Below are positions 1-11,623 of a stretch of DNA of 43,859 nucleotides, piece after piece. The number at the start of each line of letters is the position of its first letter. Position 1 is the first letter of the stretch. Source of the DNA: Octopus bimaculoides (lineage: Eukaryota); NCBI RefSeq assembly GCF_001194135.2, contig NC_069001.1:28284915-28328773 (forward strand), in the 5' to 3' direction. The notes under the pieces are model-generated. The model was given only the letters and a program-made list of their open reading frames with translations. It searched no databases and was not told the DNA's origin. Both the position numbers and the translations under genes were made by a program.

Positions 1-1139
1 TATATATATATATATGTATAATGCATGTATGTATGTGTGTTTATAGGTATGTGTGTATGTACATATTCTACAATTGGGTGAGTGGATAATACACTACAAG
101 GGAAATAATAGCCTCTCATGAGAAATAATAGCCTCTCCCGCTTTTCTCTTCTTTTAAATGCACAATGAAATAGTAAAAATATATTAATATATAGTATAAT
201 AAAGCCTTTAACATTAACTATTCACTCTGCCTAGTAAATAAGACAAATACCTGTTCCAACTGACAAAAAAAAGATATATAAATATTTCACCAAGATAGAA
301 CATTGGAGTGATTTGGCGCAAATAGTTGCTTTACTGTAAGCATATATATATATATATATAATGTACACATGTACGTTTATTTCACTCTGCGTTAATGCAT
401 CTGCGGTCTTGTTATATGACTGTCTATATGCACATATATGTAACCATGTTCATATTAACTAATGACTATTTTTTAAACAATCTAGCTTTGATACACCAAT
501 CACCAGCGTTACATAAGCATTTGCACTCATTTACATTTTCACGTAACTTAAAATCACTTGCTCGAATAATGATCTCATTCATTCCATGACCTTTGATTTC
601 TATGTAACGTGGTTGTTAGTGATAAAATATATTTTGCTTTACTGTACTCCATTTTATATTGTATTAATAGTTTCTTGAACGTGAAATTTCGGTAGCGTTG
701 CAATATCGCTAGTGGCACGTAAATACTGTTTCGGAAAGATAAATATAAGGAATCACAATAGCGAACATTCTTAGGATAAACGCGTTCACTACTACACTGT
801 AGATGACCTGTTCTTTCGCAATCAAACCAACGCATCTACATTGAGGTATTTCATAAGTTTCACTTAAATTCCTCTCTAAATCTGCAGCAGCTCATCGAAC
901 CGAAAGAAACGAATTTCTATTGAATGGACACCAATTTGTGTAATCAATGAAAGAAGGGTACACGTTCGCAAACAACATGCAATGACATTTCAGAAAAGTT
1001 AAATCATATCACAGCTTCAAAATGCTTCACAGATATAATTTAGTTCTCTATAAAGAAACCGTATATAGCTGTGGAAGACTTCCTACACTTATAAGAAAAA
1101 ATAATATCGTGAATGAGTTGAAACTTTGAAATTCTCGGT

Positions 1140-1345
1140 GCTCATCTGTTGATGACGGAAATTTGATATAAGTATCCAAGGTCATGCGCTGTGTATCTTG
1201 ACATGAGATCCCTATATGGAGCAGATACGGCCGTGATACATGTGCCTCGTGTACCCATATCAGACGGGTAGGCTTGATGTGTATACTAGTATTCGTACAT
1301 TTTAACCCAGTGTTACTTTGCTGGTATTCACTACTCTCTCACTCA
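1140..1345 (+). mobile_element. Probable 3' UTR remnant of a non-LTR element ending in (AAT)n
   Basis: Non-microsatellite block ending ...ctactctctcactc directly followed by aataataataat. It resembles a recurrent octopus repeat end from memory (unverified). No coding signal, and the 5' boundary is approximate. Confidence 0.35.
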
Positions 1346-1369
1346 ATAATAATAATAAGAAATAATAAT

Positions 1370-1542
1370 GGTTTAAATTTTTTCTACAAGTCCAGCAATT
1401 TCGGGGAATATGGTTAGTCGGTTACATCGACTCCAGTTTTCAACTGGTACTTTATCGACATCGTCGGAGTTCGAACTCAGAACGTTAAGATAGATGAAGC
1501 ATTTCACCCGCCGTACTAACGATTCTGCCATCTGGGCGCCTT
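1370..1542 (-). mobile_element. tRNA-derived SINE, family B (internally deleted)
   Basis: Reverse complement reads aaggcgcccagatggcagaatcgttag...gttctgagttcgaactc (A/B-box-like)...gataaagtaccagttg...gtcgatgtaaccgac. Homologous to the copies at 17708-18342. Sits inside a (TAA)n array. Confidence 0.8.
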
Positions 1543-1543
1543 G

Positions 1544-1573
<30 letters not shown>
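1544..1573 (+). repeat. (TAA)n microsatellite; further TAA runs at about 1345-1369, 1688-1698 and 2472-2495
   Basis: Directly visible. Confidence 0.95.
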
Positions 1574-1574
<1 letters not shown>

Positions 1575-1687
1575 CCTCCCCGAAATTTCAGTCATATTGT
1601 AACATCTCTTATCCTTCACTCGCCCCAGGACGCTGTGTGTGTCTCAGCCAGTGACTGTAACAAAGATGCAGGTTAAAAGTGAACATG
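1574..1687 (+). mobile_element. Extremely 5'-truncated R4/Dong-like element (3' UTR only)
   Basis: 1586-1680 aligns ungapped to 2376-2470, the 3' UTR of the larger element, with 19 mismatches in 95 nt by my count. Flanked by (TAA)n on both sides. Confidence 0.8.
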
Positions 1688-1698
1688 ATAATAATAAT

Positions 1699-2471
1699 AT
1701 CAAAGGTTGCTCACAAAAAACTACCAGGCTAACGTTCTTCAAAGCGGTAATAAACCTAAATGCAGATTCTGTGATAAACTTGATGAAGGAATAGACTCTC
1801 TCGTCTCAGGATGTCCTGTGAAGACATTAAACGAATACAAAAAAAAACCACCACGATAGGGTAGAACAGTATATACATTGGATAATGTGTAAAGACTACA
1901 AAATCAACACTCCTGCTTACTGGTAAGGACATCATCCTGAGCCAGTCGTAGAAGGTGACAATGTCAGTATCCACTACGATTTTCCAATCAACACCGACAA
2001 AACGATCCAAGATAATCGAGCAGACATAGCATTAAAGACTGGGAAGAAAATACTTGTAGACTAATACATGTAAGCGTTCCCACTGATAAATATACATATG
2101 TAAAAGAATTTGACAAATTAAGGAAATATAAGGATCTAGAAATACAAAACATATGGCATCTTAAAGCGAGAACGGTTCCTGTTTTTGTGAGTGCCCTAAG
2201 TATGATAATAAAGGGATGTCAAAAAGCTCTAGATAAAATCCCAGGAGAACTATGTCTCAAAGAAATGCAATAGATGGTGCTGACAAGTACTGCCCATATC
2301 GTTAGAAAAAACCCTTTCTAGGTGCATATCTGTGTTGTATTACATGAAGCCGTTTCGCTAGTGCCCTCACTGATTTTTCATTCATACTATAACACATTTT
2401 ATCCTTCACTCACCCCTGGATGCTAGGTGTGCCTCGGCAATTCATTGTAACAAACATGCAGATTAAAAGTA
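1699..2471 (+). mobile_element. 5'-truncated, decayed R4/Dong-clade non-LTR retrotransposon (zinc knuckle, restriction-like endonuclease, 3' UTR)
   Basis: Manual translation through 2 frameshifts and 2 stops: LLTKNYQANVLQSGNKPKCRFCDKLDEGIDSLVSGCP..EY/HHDRVEQYIHWIMCK..W*GHHPEPVVEGDNVSIHYDFPINTDKTIQDNRADI/IKDWEENTCRLIHVSVPTD..KEFDKLRKYKDLEIQNIWHLKARTVPVFVSALSMI..KIPGELCLKEMQ*MVLTSTAHIVRKTLS. This matches the CCHC, RHD, WD..I.TD..I..NRPDI, K..KY.DL and GTA.ILR layout of R4-clade RLE domains. Missed by the ORF track. Confidence 0.9.
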
Positions 2472-2826
2472 AATAATAATAATAATAATAATAATTGTGA
2501 TAATTATTGTTGCTCATAGGCATATCCATATTTATGCCTATCGTGGAAATGACTGATTTTTACATCTAACGGATGTGTTACTATACTCATATATAAATAT
2601 AAATGCACATCTTTACAAATGATCACAGCTACCAATGCTAATATACTATACAGAATCTCATAAATTCACATACGAATATTGCTTTCTAAATATCATCTTT
2701 TCTTCTCTTGTTGTGATTCATTTTAGCTGCTAACATTCTCGTAGCTGATGGCAAGGCGGTTTCATCTGAATGACCCATTGCTAAATATACGACTGTGTAA
2801 TAACGGAACAATATATATATATATAT

Positions 2827-3051
2827 NNNNNNNNNNNNNNNNNNNNNNNNNNNNNNNNNNNNNNNNNNNNNNNNNNNNNNNNNNNNNNNNNNNNNNNNNN
2901 NNNNNNNNNNNNNNNNNNNNNNNNNNNNNNNNNNNNNNNNNNNNNNNNNNNNNNNNNNNNNNNNNNNNNNNNNNNNNNNNNNNNNNNNNNNNNNNNNNNN
3001 NNNNNNNNNNNNNNNNNNNNNNNNNNNNNNNNNNNNNNNNNNNNNNNNNNN
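2827..3051. other. Assembly gap (225 N) within (TA)n
   Basis: N-run flanked by TA repeats on both sides. Confidence 0.98.
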
Positions 3052-3117
<66 letters not shown>

Positions 3118-3443
3118 GTTTGTGTGTATACATGTATGTATGTATATACGTGTATGTCTATATATATATATGTATTTGTGTGTGTGTATATATATATATA
3201 TGGATGTATAATAATAAATGTATATACAACTGCTCCAACAGTATATATGTCTGTGGTGTGCGTGTGTGTTTGTGCGAGATTGTGTAATTTAGTCTGATAT
3301 TAGGATCGCATGCTTAATGCATGTTGTATAGCATTTTATTTTTATTTGAGACTGAATTTTCGCTTCGTTAATCGAGATTCACGCTGCTTCGATCATGTGG
3401 GGAATAAGCATAAATTTGTATATGCCTCCATACATAAATACAT

Positions 3444-3832
3444 ATGGCTGTGTGGCAAGTACCTTGCTTCTCAACGACATGGATCCTTGTTCTGTCCAAC
3501 TTCGTGAAACCTCGGGCACGTTTCTGTAGCCTCGGATCAACGAAGTCCTTGGGAGTGAATTTTTAGACGGAAACTGGAAGTAACCCGTCGTATATCTATC
3601 TATCTATCTATCTATCTATGAGTGTGTGTCTGTGTTTCTCCCCCCCTCCAACTACTGACAACCGATGCTGGTGTGTTTATGTAACTTAGCGGTTTGGCTA
3701 AAGACACCGATAGAATAGGTACTAGGCTTAGGATCAATAAGACAAGGGTTCAGTTTGTTCGACTAACCCCCTTTAAGTTGGTGCTCCAGCATGGCCGTAG
3801 TAAAAAACTGAAACCAGTAAAAGAATAAAAGA
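3444..3832 (+). mobile_element. tRNA-derived SINE, family A, with internal (TATC)n
   Basis: atggctgtgtgg head, gacggaaactg..cccgtcg, internal microsatellite, gacaaccgatgctggtgtg, and ggtgctccagcatggcc..aagaataaaaga tail. Homologous to 43256-43610. Confidence 0.85.
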
Positions 3833-4329
3833 TTTCGCAATTGCTGATCGAATGAGGCGAAGTGTATAGCCTAACGGAGCAAACGCTCGTGACACTGGAA
3901 TATTTGCTGGTGATAGGAAGGTTTTGCTGCATTGCGGCACATTTACAAGAGCTTGCAAAGCATTTGAGTAATTTCTGCAATTGGTCTTCGTGCAGGGCTT
4001 TAACTGTTCGGTAAACTTAAAGACCTACACATTGAATTATTTTGAATAAAGCAGAGTGTTTCATTTTTGCATATGTCCCCTTAACATAATTCTCGATGGC
4101 AATAAAAGAGACAATAGTTGAAGAAGTACGAGTAGAGTCCAATCTTCGAGCTTCTAAGAAGTCCTTGTCACCCCTAGATTATCCCCGTATACTCTACATT
4201 TGTGTGGAGCATGTAAAGTTTTGACCGTGAAGTAGTGTTCTTAATCCTTCAGATATATGCGCATCCGATTTTAATTAATATGCAATAATAGTGTGAGATT
4301 TATGACAAATCGTGCTTAAGATTGTCCAA

Positions 4330-4700
4330 ACATTTGGCAATAAGATCTATGGCGTTATGTTTGAAGTGGATTAGATGTGACCGTATACCTGTATTTACGC
4401 ATAATTTCATGGGCTTTATATGTCCTAGTGACAAGGCGACGCACTGACAGAAAATCTGAGAACCTAAGTGTCTGAAGTAAAATAATATAAATATAAAGAA
4501 AATAATGAACATAGAGGGATATTTTTTTTTTTGAATTCTTGTAATACAGCGATGTTAGATATAGACAGCTCTGGAACTAGAAGTGGTTTTAAATAAACAT
4601 CGATTTTAGATGGTCGTGTAGAAATTGCATTTAGAATGCACTTCAATATACGTGGACAATGTCCGGAGGCAAGAAGTATCCCACTAACTAAAGATATATT
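4330..4700 (-). mobile_element. Possible highly decayed CR1/L2-type LINE C-terminal fragment
   Basis: Minus-strand peptides HCPRILKCILNAISTRPSKIDVYLKPL and TLRFSDFLSVRRLVTRTYKAHEIMRKY loosely recall the post-RT region of CR1-like LINEs (..IYLKL.. and ..L..RRL..DL..T.KI). Weak and judged by eye only. Confidence 0.25.
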
Positions 4701-5276
4701 CTTTGGAATATAAAGATAAAGACTTTCATCTCACAATGTCTGTTTTGTAGTATCGCCTTTGTATTTTAAATGTTATGCGTAATAAGCATATTACTATGAA
4801 CAGTATTTTGTGATAATACAGATTTAGAGATGCCAAAAGAGATGTGTGATACGCTTTGATCGTTATTGAATAAGATTTCAGCAGAAACTATTAGAGATTA
4901 TTAATTTTATTTCAAGAGAAAAGATGAGCATATTGCTATGCTACAAATTTTGCATTGGTATAAAGTTAAAAATACTGACTGCTAATGTCTGTTACTTGAC
5001 TATTTGGATCAAATAATTAACAAATCGCTTTTGTTAATGACGTTGTATTACCTTCGTTTGTCTGAAAAGAAAATTAAATGAAGATTTAGTTCCAACGATG
5101 AACGGTAGTAATTCTGGTTGGTAAATTCTCTCTGCACGGTTTTTAGCATATCTAAAAACTATGAGGAATAAAACTTCCGTTTTGGGTAAGGAGTCTATTT
5201 GAAGCTATTATATTTTCATACGATATAACGCTAATTCCGTTTTATCAAATGAAAATCTGATACTAATTCACACATG

Positions 5277-5392
5277 CTAGAAATAGCAAGTAATTCTCGA
5301 TGAAGCCCGATAAGGTTATGGATACCTTCTGTATGAAAGAAATAAATGCTTGTTTGATCATGCTCGATCAGGGCTGATCTGGAAGTAAAGCA
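5277..5392 (+). repeat. Degenerate dispersed repeat (ctagaaatagc...gatcagggctgatctgg); related pieces at about 6535-6645, 6880-7010 and 7590-7650
   Basis: The motif tgatc.tgctcgatcag occurs at about 5356 and 6962, and the latter piece ends in caacaaca. The other two pieces are more diverged. Confidence 0.45.
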
Positions 5393-5844
5393 GTAAGAGC
5401 AGAAACGTCCTATGCATATGCGTACTGAGACAGCTTAGAATTCAGGTAACGGCTCGAATGTACAAATAAACGGATGTGAATTGAAGACATTTGAGAAGGC
5501 AGGTCGATACGATGGTGATTCGATCAATTAATTTCTACTAACATACATTTTGAGAATAATGACGTATATACTCTATAGCAACATCCTTTGATTTTTACAA
5601 ATATATTCTTTCGCAAAAGCCTTTCACACAATTTACTTCTATTCATTTTATTGTCATTGTATACAAATGTCAGGAGAGATTAGTTTGTATCTTGAGTGGC
5701 AACAACACTGGTTAATGCATATAAAAAAATATCAATAATAACATCTAAGTATATCAACTGTACAGTAAAAAGATGAATAATGATTTACAAACATTAACGC
5801 AAAAGTATTACTATAATGGACTATGGTATCATCGATGAACTTGT

Positions 5845-5930
5845 TCCCAATATGTAATTGCTACTTATTTTATTGATTCTGGAAAAAAAATGAATAACAA
5901 AGTTGATCCTTGTATGGTTTGAACTCATGG
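5845..5930 (-). mobile_element. Family B SINE central fragment
   Basis: ctacttattttattgattc...acaaagttgatcct...tttgaactc matches the reverse complement of the family B centre. Confidence 0.5.
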
Positions 5931-6094
5931 AGTATAGCTAAAAATAATTTACATTATGTACGACATATAACTGAATAAGGTGATACATTCAACACGGCAG
6001 CTATAATACATCATAGCACTAGATGCAAAATTGATTATACTAATGTGAAAAATATAAAATTTGATTTTGTGTTTTTTGTTTAATATTACATTTT

Positions 6095-6490
6095 GACGCA
6101 GCCAATTGCTGGGCGGTTAAAAAGCTCGCTCTGCTATTGCGGAGTTTCGCGTTCAGTTCACTGCGCCGCAACTTGCGTACGGGTCTTCTAATATAGTCCC
6201 GAGCATACAAACAACTTCTGAGTGAATTTTGTTGGTGACAACCTTGTGGAAGCCAGGCGTATATATGTCTATCGACATTGTGTATGTCTTTAATGTCTAT
6301 GTTTGTCTCCTACACCATTTGAAAATCGGTGTTTGTTCTTTTATGTTCTCGTATTGAAAGCCTTCGACAGAATAAGTACAAGACTTTAAAATATATATAT
6401 ATAAAAAAAGGGGGCTGATTTGTTAGACTAAAATTTTCCAAGGCGGTTCTCCCAGTATAATTGGAGTACAACGACTGTAACAAATAAATG
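6095..6490 (+). mobile_element. Old, diverged family A SINE
   Basis: Degenerate head (gcgttcagttcactgcg), tctgagtgaatt, gacagaataagtac and aaggcggttctcccag are colinear with family A. Confidence 0.6.
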
Positions 6491-7012
6491 CGTTAAAGAT
6501 CTTTGCTACATTCATAGACAAAGAGCCTAGTGAAATCTACGCTACAATAACGGCCAAATGCCTTTCAGTATATCTAAACGAAATAAATACTTATCTTGTG
6601 AAGATCAATCAGAGTATATAACGTCAAGCCAGTTAAACAACAAAAATATCCTACACCATTTGAGAACCGTTACTTGTTTCCTTAAGTACTCATAATTAAG
6701 TGTGTCGGCAAGACAGACCAGCAAAATAAACACAGGGGTCGATTTGTTTGACTATAATCATTCAAGGCCGTTCTCTCAGCATAGTTGAAGTACAATGATT
6801 GGAACAAAGAAAAACAAAGAAAATTAACTTTGATTTACTGTGCTACATATATTCAAAGATAACTACATTGATAGACAAATAGTTTAATGAAATCTATAGT
6901 TCGACAATGGCCAAATTCCTCTCAGGCAATGAATAACCTGTCCAAAACAAACATACTTATCTGATCTTGCTCGATCAGAGCACATGGGGCCGAGCCACTT
7001 CAACAACAGAAA
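6308..7012 (+). repeat. Diverged tandem duplication, first unit 341 bp (6308-6648 and 6649-7012)
   Basis: Both units start tcctacaccatttga and share gatttgtt.gacta, caaggc.gttctc, gagtacaa/aagtacaa, ctacatt.atagacaaa, gaaatcta, ggccaaat, acttatct and aacaaca in the same order. Confidence 0.8.
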
Positions 7013-7940
7013 TTTCCAACCTAAAAGTACATTGAGCTTTGAATACATGCTACGGCTCGAAGGCACTTTGTAGTTTCAAATAATTTCATTAACTCTTGGA
7101 GCAGATTTTCCCAAAAAATTATTTGAGATAAGAAAGTGTATCATACAGCATTTTATTATATCGAAGACGATCAAATACGTCTTCTGGTCTACGATTTCTT
7201 CCTTTAAAATTATATTGTGCTTTGAATCAATGATGCAGATTACAATGTGCGGTTGTTTGATAAAGTGTAATACTTTTGTTTAAGATTCTCAAATGAAATA
7301 CGGTGATGCCAATTGTACCTTTGTAGCTATAGGAAACACTAGGAACAATAGGTCATTCGACACAATCTCAGGAGCGTAAAATTACAATGACAATTTCAAA
7401 TCCTTCTGTTGAACAAAGAGGAGAAATAGTAACTATTTGTTCAATATACTAGAAAGATTAACTATGTATCCTTTAAACAACGTGGAATTCTGATTACAGG
7501 AAAGTAAAAAGAAAAAAATGTCGATACCATCATATCAGATACACGAGATAGGAAAGAAATGTAGAAAGTAGCTGTAGCTTCAAATATAACGTTTGATCAT
7601 TAAGGAACCAGGTCTTGGCGGACCAAGGGCTAAAGAAAACCAACAACTCTGATAGAACATTGTATTTATTTGCTTTATTAATATTTTCCCTAAAAATCAA
7701 CGACCAGATTAGATTAATTCCACGTGTTGGCTCCTGTAAAATTTGGTTATACTTCTTCTACTGCTCGGGCGGTGCTGTTGGGGCTATTTTGGTGTGGAAT
7801 GTAGCATTGGTGATGGGGATGCTGGTAGTGCTGATATCTTTTATTTGCTTCAGACATTAGAATGCGGCCATGCTGAGGCAGCAGCTTCAGGAATATTAGT
7901 CGAACGAATCAACTATAGCACTTTATTTATTTATTTATTT

Positions 7941-8241
7941 TTTGTAAGCTTGGTACATATTCTATCGGCTACTTTTATCGGACCCCCTAGGTTAAGGGGA
8001 CGTGAACCTACCAGCACTGGTTGCCAACCAGTGATTCTGGGTGGGTGGGAGTTCAAACACAGACAAAAAGACACACACGCATTTAGAAGGGTTCGTGTGT
8101 GGCGGGCTTGATTCAGTTGCTGTCTACCAAATCCACTCACAGAGCCAAGGTTATAGCAGAAACACTTGCCCAAGGTTCCACATGATCTCGGGACAATGTT
8201 TTGAGAAAGCAAACTCCTTACCACACAAGCACTCCTGCATC
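7941..8241 (-). mobile_element. Family A SINE (antisense)
   Basis: ttctatcgg, gtctaccaaatccactcac, acacttgcccaagg and cttaccacac..cactcctgc are the reverse complement of family A landmarks. Confidence 0.8.
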
Positions 8242-8269
8242 TTATGGGGTGATGGTGCGGGGCTTAATT

Positions 8270-8898
8270 ATGCTCTACTTTTTTTTTTCTATATTTTCTT
8301 GACCATTATGTCATTTGCTTTTCTTTTGCTATTTATATCTTCCGAATATTTATTCCTTCGTGCTTTCATAAATATTTTCATCTAATCTTTCATTCAGGTT
8401 TCTTCTCTTGCTTGCTTTCTTCTTTGTATTATTCATTCGTTTTTTTTTTGTATTTTTTAATTTTTTATTGTATTTCCTTCAAATATTTGTTTTTATCAAC
8501 CTTCTGTATATTACACATTACGTTTTACATCTCGCTCTCTTTCTGTCACTTTTCTTCTTCTTCTCCTTCTTCTTCTTCTTCTTCTTCCTTTCATTCATAT
8601 TTTCTTTGATTTTAGTAAACTTTGTCTTCCATCCTATCATTAGTTATTTCTTTTATTCTATTTTATTTTTTTTCATCTTCAGCTAACTTTTTCGTTCAGA
8701 ATTTTCATTTTTCCTTAATGCTGACCGTTGAAATTTCGTTCTTTACCTCCTTTTGTCTCTCATTCTTTTCTCCTTCCTTTTCATTCATTCCTTTCATCTG
8801 TATTGTTTCTGGCTTTCATTTGTTCTTTCGTTGTTTCATCTCACGTTTCTATACAATTTAGTATTCATTGTATCGTTATACTCCTTCTCTCTCATTCT
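8270..8898. repeat. Pyrimidine-rich (T/C) low-complexity tract with (TTC)n
   Basis: Visible composition. Source of the spurious F/L/S-rich ORFs. Confidence 0.85.
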
Positions 8899-9615
8899 NN
8901 NNNNNNNNNNNNNNNNNNNNNNNNNNNNNNNNNNNNNNNNNNNNNNNNNNNNNNNNNNNNNNNNNNNNNNNNNNNNNNNNNNNNNNNNNNNNNNNNNNNN
9001 NNNNNNNNNNNNNNNNNNNNNNNNNNNNNNNNNNNNNNNNNNNNNNNNNNNNNNNNNNNNNNNNNNNNNNNNNNNNNNNNNNNNNNNNNNNNNNNNNNNN
9101 NNNNNNNNNNNNNNNNNNNNNNNNNNNNNNNNNNNNNNNNNNNNNNNNNNNNNNNNNNNNNNNNNNNNNNNNNNNNNNNNNNNNNNNNNNNNNNNNNNNN
9201 NNNNNNNNNNNNNNNNNNNNNNNNNNNNNNNNNNNNNNNNNNNNNNNNNNNNNNNNNNNNNNNNNNNNNNNNNNNNNNNNNNNNNNNNNNNNNNNNNNNN
9301 NNNNNNNNNNNNNNNNNNNNNNNNNNNNNNNNNNNNNNNNNNNNNNNNNNNNNNNNNNNNNNNNNNNNNNNNNNNNNNNNNNNNNNNNNNNNNNNNNNNN
9401 NNNNNNNNNNNNNNNNNNNNNNNNNNNNNNNNNNNNNNNNNNNNNNNNNNNNNNNNNNNNNNNNNNNNNNNNNNNNNNNNNNNNNNNNNNNNNNNNNNNN
9501 NNNNNNNNNNNNNNNNNNNNNNNNNNNNNNNNNNNNNNNNNNNNNNNNNNNNNNNNNNNNNNNNNNNNNNNNNNNNNNNNNNNNNNNNNNNNNNNNNNNN
9601 NNNNNNNNNNNNNNN
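8899..9615. other. Assembly gap (717 N)
   Basis: N-run with (TA)n on the right flank (9616-9670). Confidence 0.98.
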
Positions 9616-9673
<58 letters not shown>

Positions 9674-10126
9674 AGAATTCACAATATATATGTATAGTGT
9701 GTGTGTGTATGCTTCTTTCTGTGTGTATATACTAACGTATCTTTGTACGTATATATACTATAATACGCGTTACGCATACTTATGGGATGGGGTGGGGGTG
9801 TAAGAAACATAACAGAAACTCATACACCCGATATATGCAGGAACAGTGTTGGTTCAGAGTGAACAGTATCGGTTGAGCAGCGAACGAACAGAAATGTCTT
9901 TATTGCTTTCTACTGCAGTAAGAAGAAATTCCAAATAGTCATAAATTCTACCACCTTTAGCATTCCACACAAACTGCTATACTTTGAACATCGAGAAACA
10001 AGGAAATAAAATACCATTCCTAATTTACTTTGGATTCGTTTTGGCTTCTTTTATACGAGTCCTCTTCTTATGGGTATCTCTCTCTTTCTATCTCTCTCTT
10101 TCTATCTCTCTCTCTCTCTCTCTCTC

Positions 10127-10173
<47 letters not shown>

Positions 10174-10290
10174 ACGTATGTATTTGATATATGTATCTAT
10201 CTTTCTATTTATCTATCTAAAATATACATGTATACGATGTGTGTGAGCACGTGCGTGTGAGTATGTATGTGTTTCTGCATATATATATAT

Positions 10291-10740
10291 NNNNNNNNNN
10301 NNNNNNNNNNNNNNNNNNNNNNNNNNNNNNNNNNNNNNNNNNNNNNNNNNNNNNNNNNNNNNNNNNNNNNNNNNNNNNNNNNNNNNNNNNNNNNNNNNNN
10401 NNNNNNNNNNNNNNNNNNNNNNNNNNNNNNNNNNNNNNNNNNNNNNNNNNNNNNNNNNNNNNNNNNNNNNNNNNNNNNNNNNNNNNNNNNNNNNNNNNNN
10501 NNNNNNNNNNNNNNNNNNNNNNNNNNNNNNNNNNNNNNNNNNNNNNNNNNNNNNNNNNNNNNNNNNNNNNNNNNNNNNNNNNNNNNNNNNNNNNNNNNNN
10601 NNNNNNNNNNNNNNNNNNNNNNNNNNNNNNNNNNNNNNNNNNNNNNNNNNNNNNNNNNNNNNNNNNNNNNNNNNNNNNNNNNNNNNNNNNNNNNNNNNNN
10701 NNNNNNNNNNNNNNNNNNNNNNNNNNNNNNNNNNNNNNNN
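10291..10740. other. Assembly gap (450 N) between (TA)n and (GT)n
   Basis: N-run. Confidence 0.98.
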
Positions 10741-10777
<37 letters not shown>

Positions 10778-11281
10778 TGTATACCCAGACATTTTTGTGT
10801 TATATTTCTCTATGTATTTTTGCGCTTCGTTGTGTCTTAGAATCAACATATCGAAAATCAGAGAGAAGCATTAAGGATTATATTACCTGGTTGCGTAACC
10901 TTTTGCTTTCGCTGCGGTATCTTATATACTAAGGTAGTCTAGGCCTCCAATGGGTTGCTGAGAAAACAATAGAGAAACTGATCCAGCGAAAGAAAGGCAG
11001 GAAACAAAATTTATGGTTTTTATGCATTTTACATGAGCACACGCAGTTAATATTCCTGCATTCATATATAATCACACATACATAGTCATATATTTTATCA
11101 TATATTATATTGCATTACGTTAGCATATGAGTATGTGTGTGTATATATGTGTTTGTTTAGATGAGTGTGTAGATTAAAGTTTTACGAGAAGTTTGGTGAC
11201 AGTACCTTCGATGTTTCGACCTGCTAGCCTTTATTAAAAAATATGATGAATATATATATACATACATACATATATATATGT

Positions 11282-11476
11282 ATCATCATCGTCGTTTAAC
11301 GTCCGCTTTCCATGCTAGCATGGGTTGGACGATTTGACTGAGGAGTGGTGAACAAGATGGCTACACCAGACTCCAATGTGATTTGGCAGATGCCCTTCTT
11401 AACGCCAACCACTCCGAGAGGGTAGTGGGTGTGTTTATGTACCACCGGCACGAAGGCCAGTCAGGCGGTAATGGCT
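11282..11476 (-). mobile_element. 3' end of a SINE or LINE with an RTE-type (GAT)n tail (family D)
   Basis: Minus strand ends ...gtccaacccatgctagcatggaaagcggacgttaaacgacgatgatgat, a GAT-repeat tail preceded by a catgctagcatg palindrome, as in RTE-mobilised elements. Family assignment is by recollection. Confidence 0.7.
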
Positions 11477-11623
11477 GTGTGTGTGTGTGTGTGTATTTTG
11501 TGTGTGTGCGTGTATGTGTGTGTATATAGATATGTGCATATATGTGCATGCACACGCATCGTTGCATGTATTTTTGAGCTTCGTTGTGTATTAGAAACGG
11601 CTGTGTGGTAAGAAGTTCACTAT

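Noticed and set aside
575-900. Minus-strand ORF MRWFDCERTGHLQC... and the overlapping hydrophobic frame
   Set aside because: No recognisable domain, short, and no convincing splice-site pair.
7030-7500. Protein-like broken frames (GRNRRPEDVFDRLRYNKMLYDTL; a faint mariner-like VTICS..ITG on the plus strand)
   Set aside because: Multiple stops and no motif I can assign with confidence. Possibly old transposon debris; BLASTX would decide.
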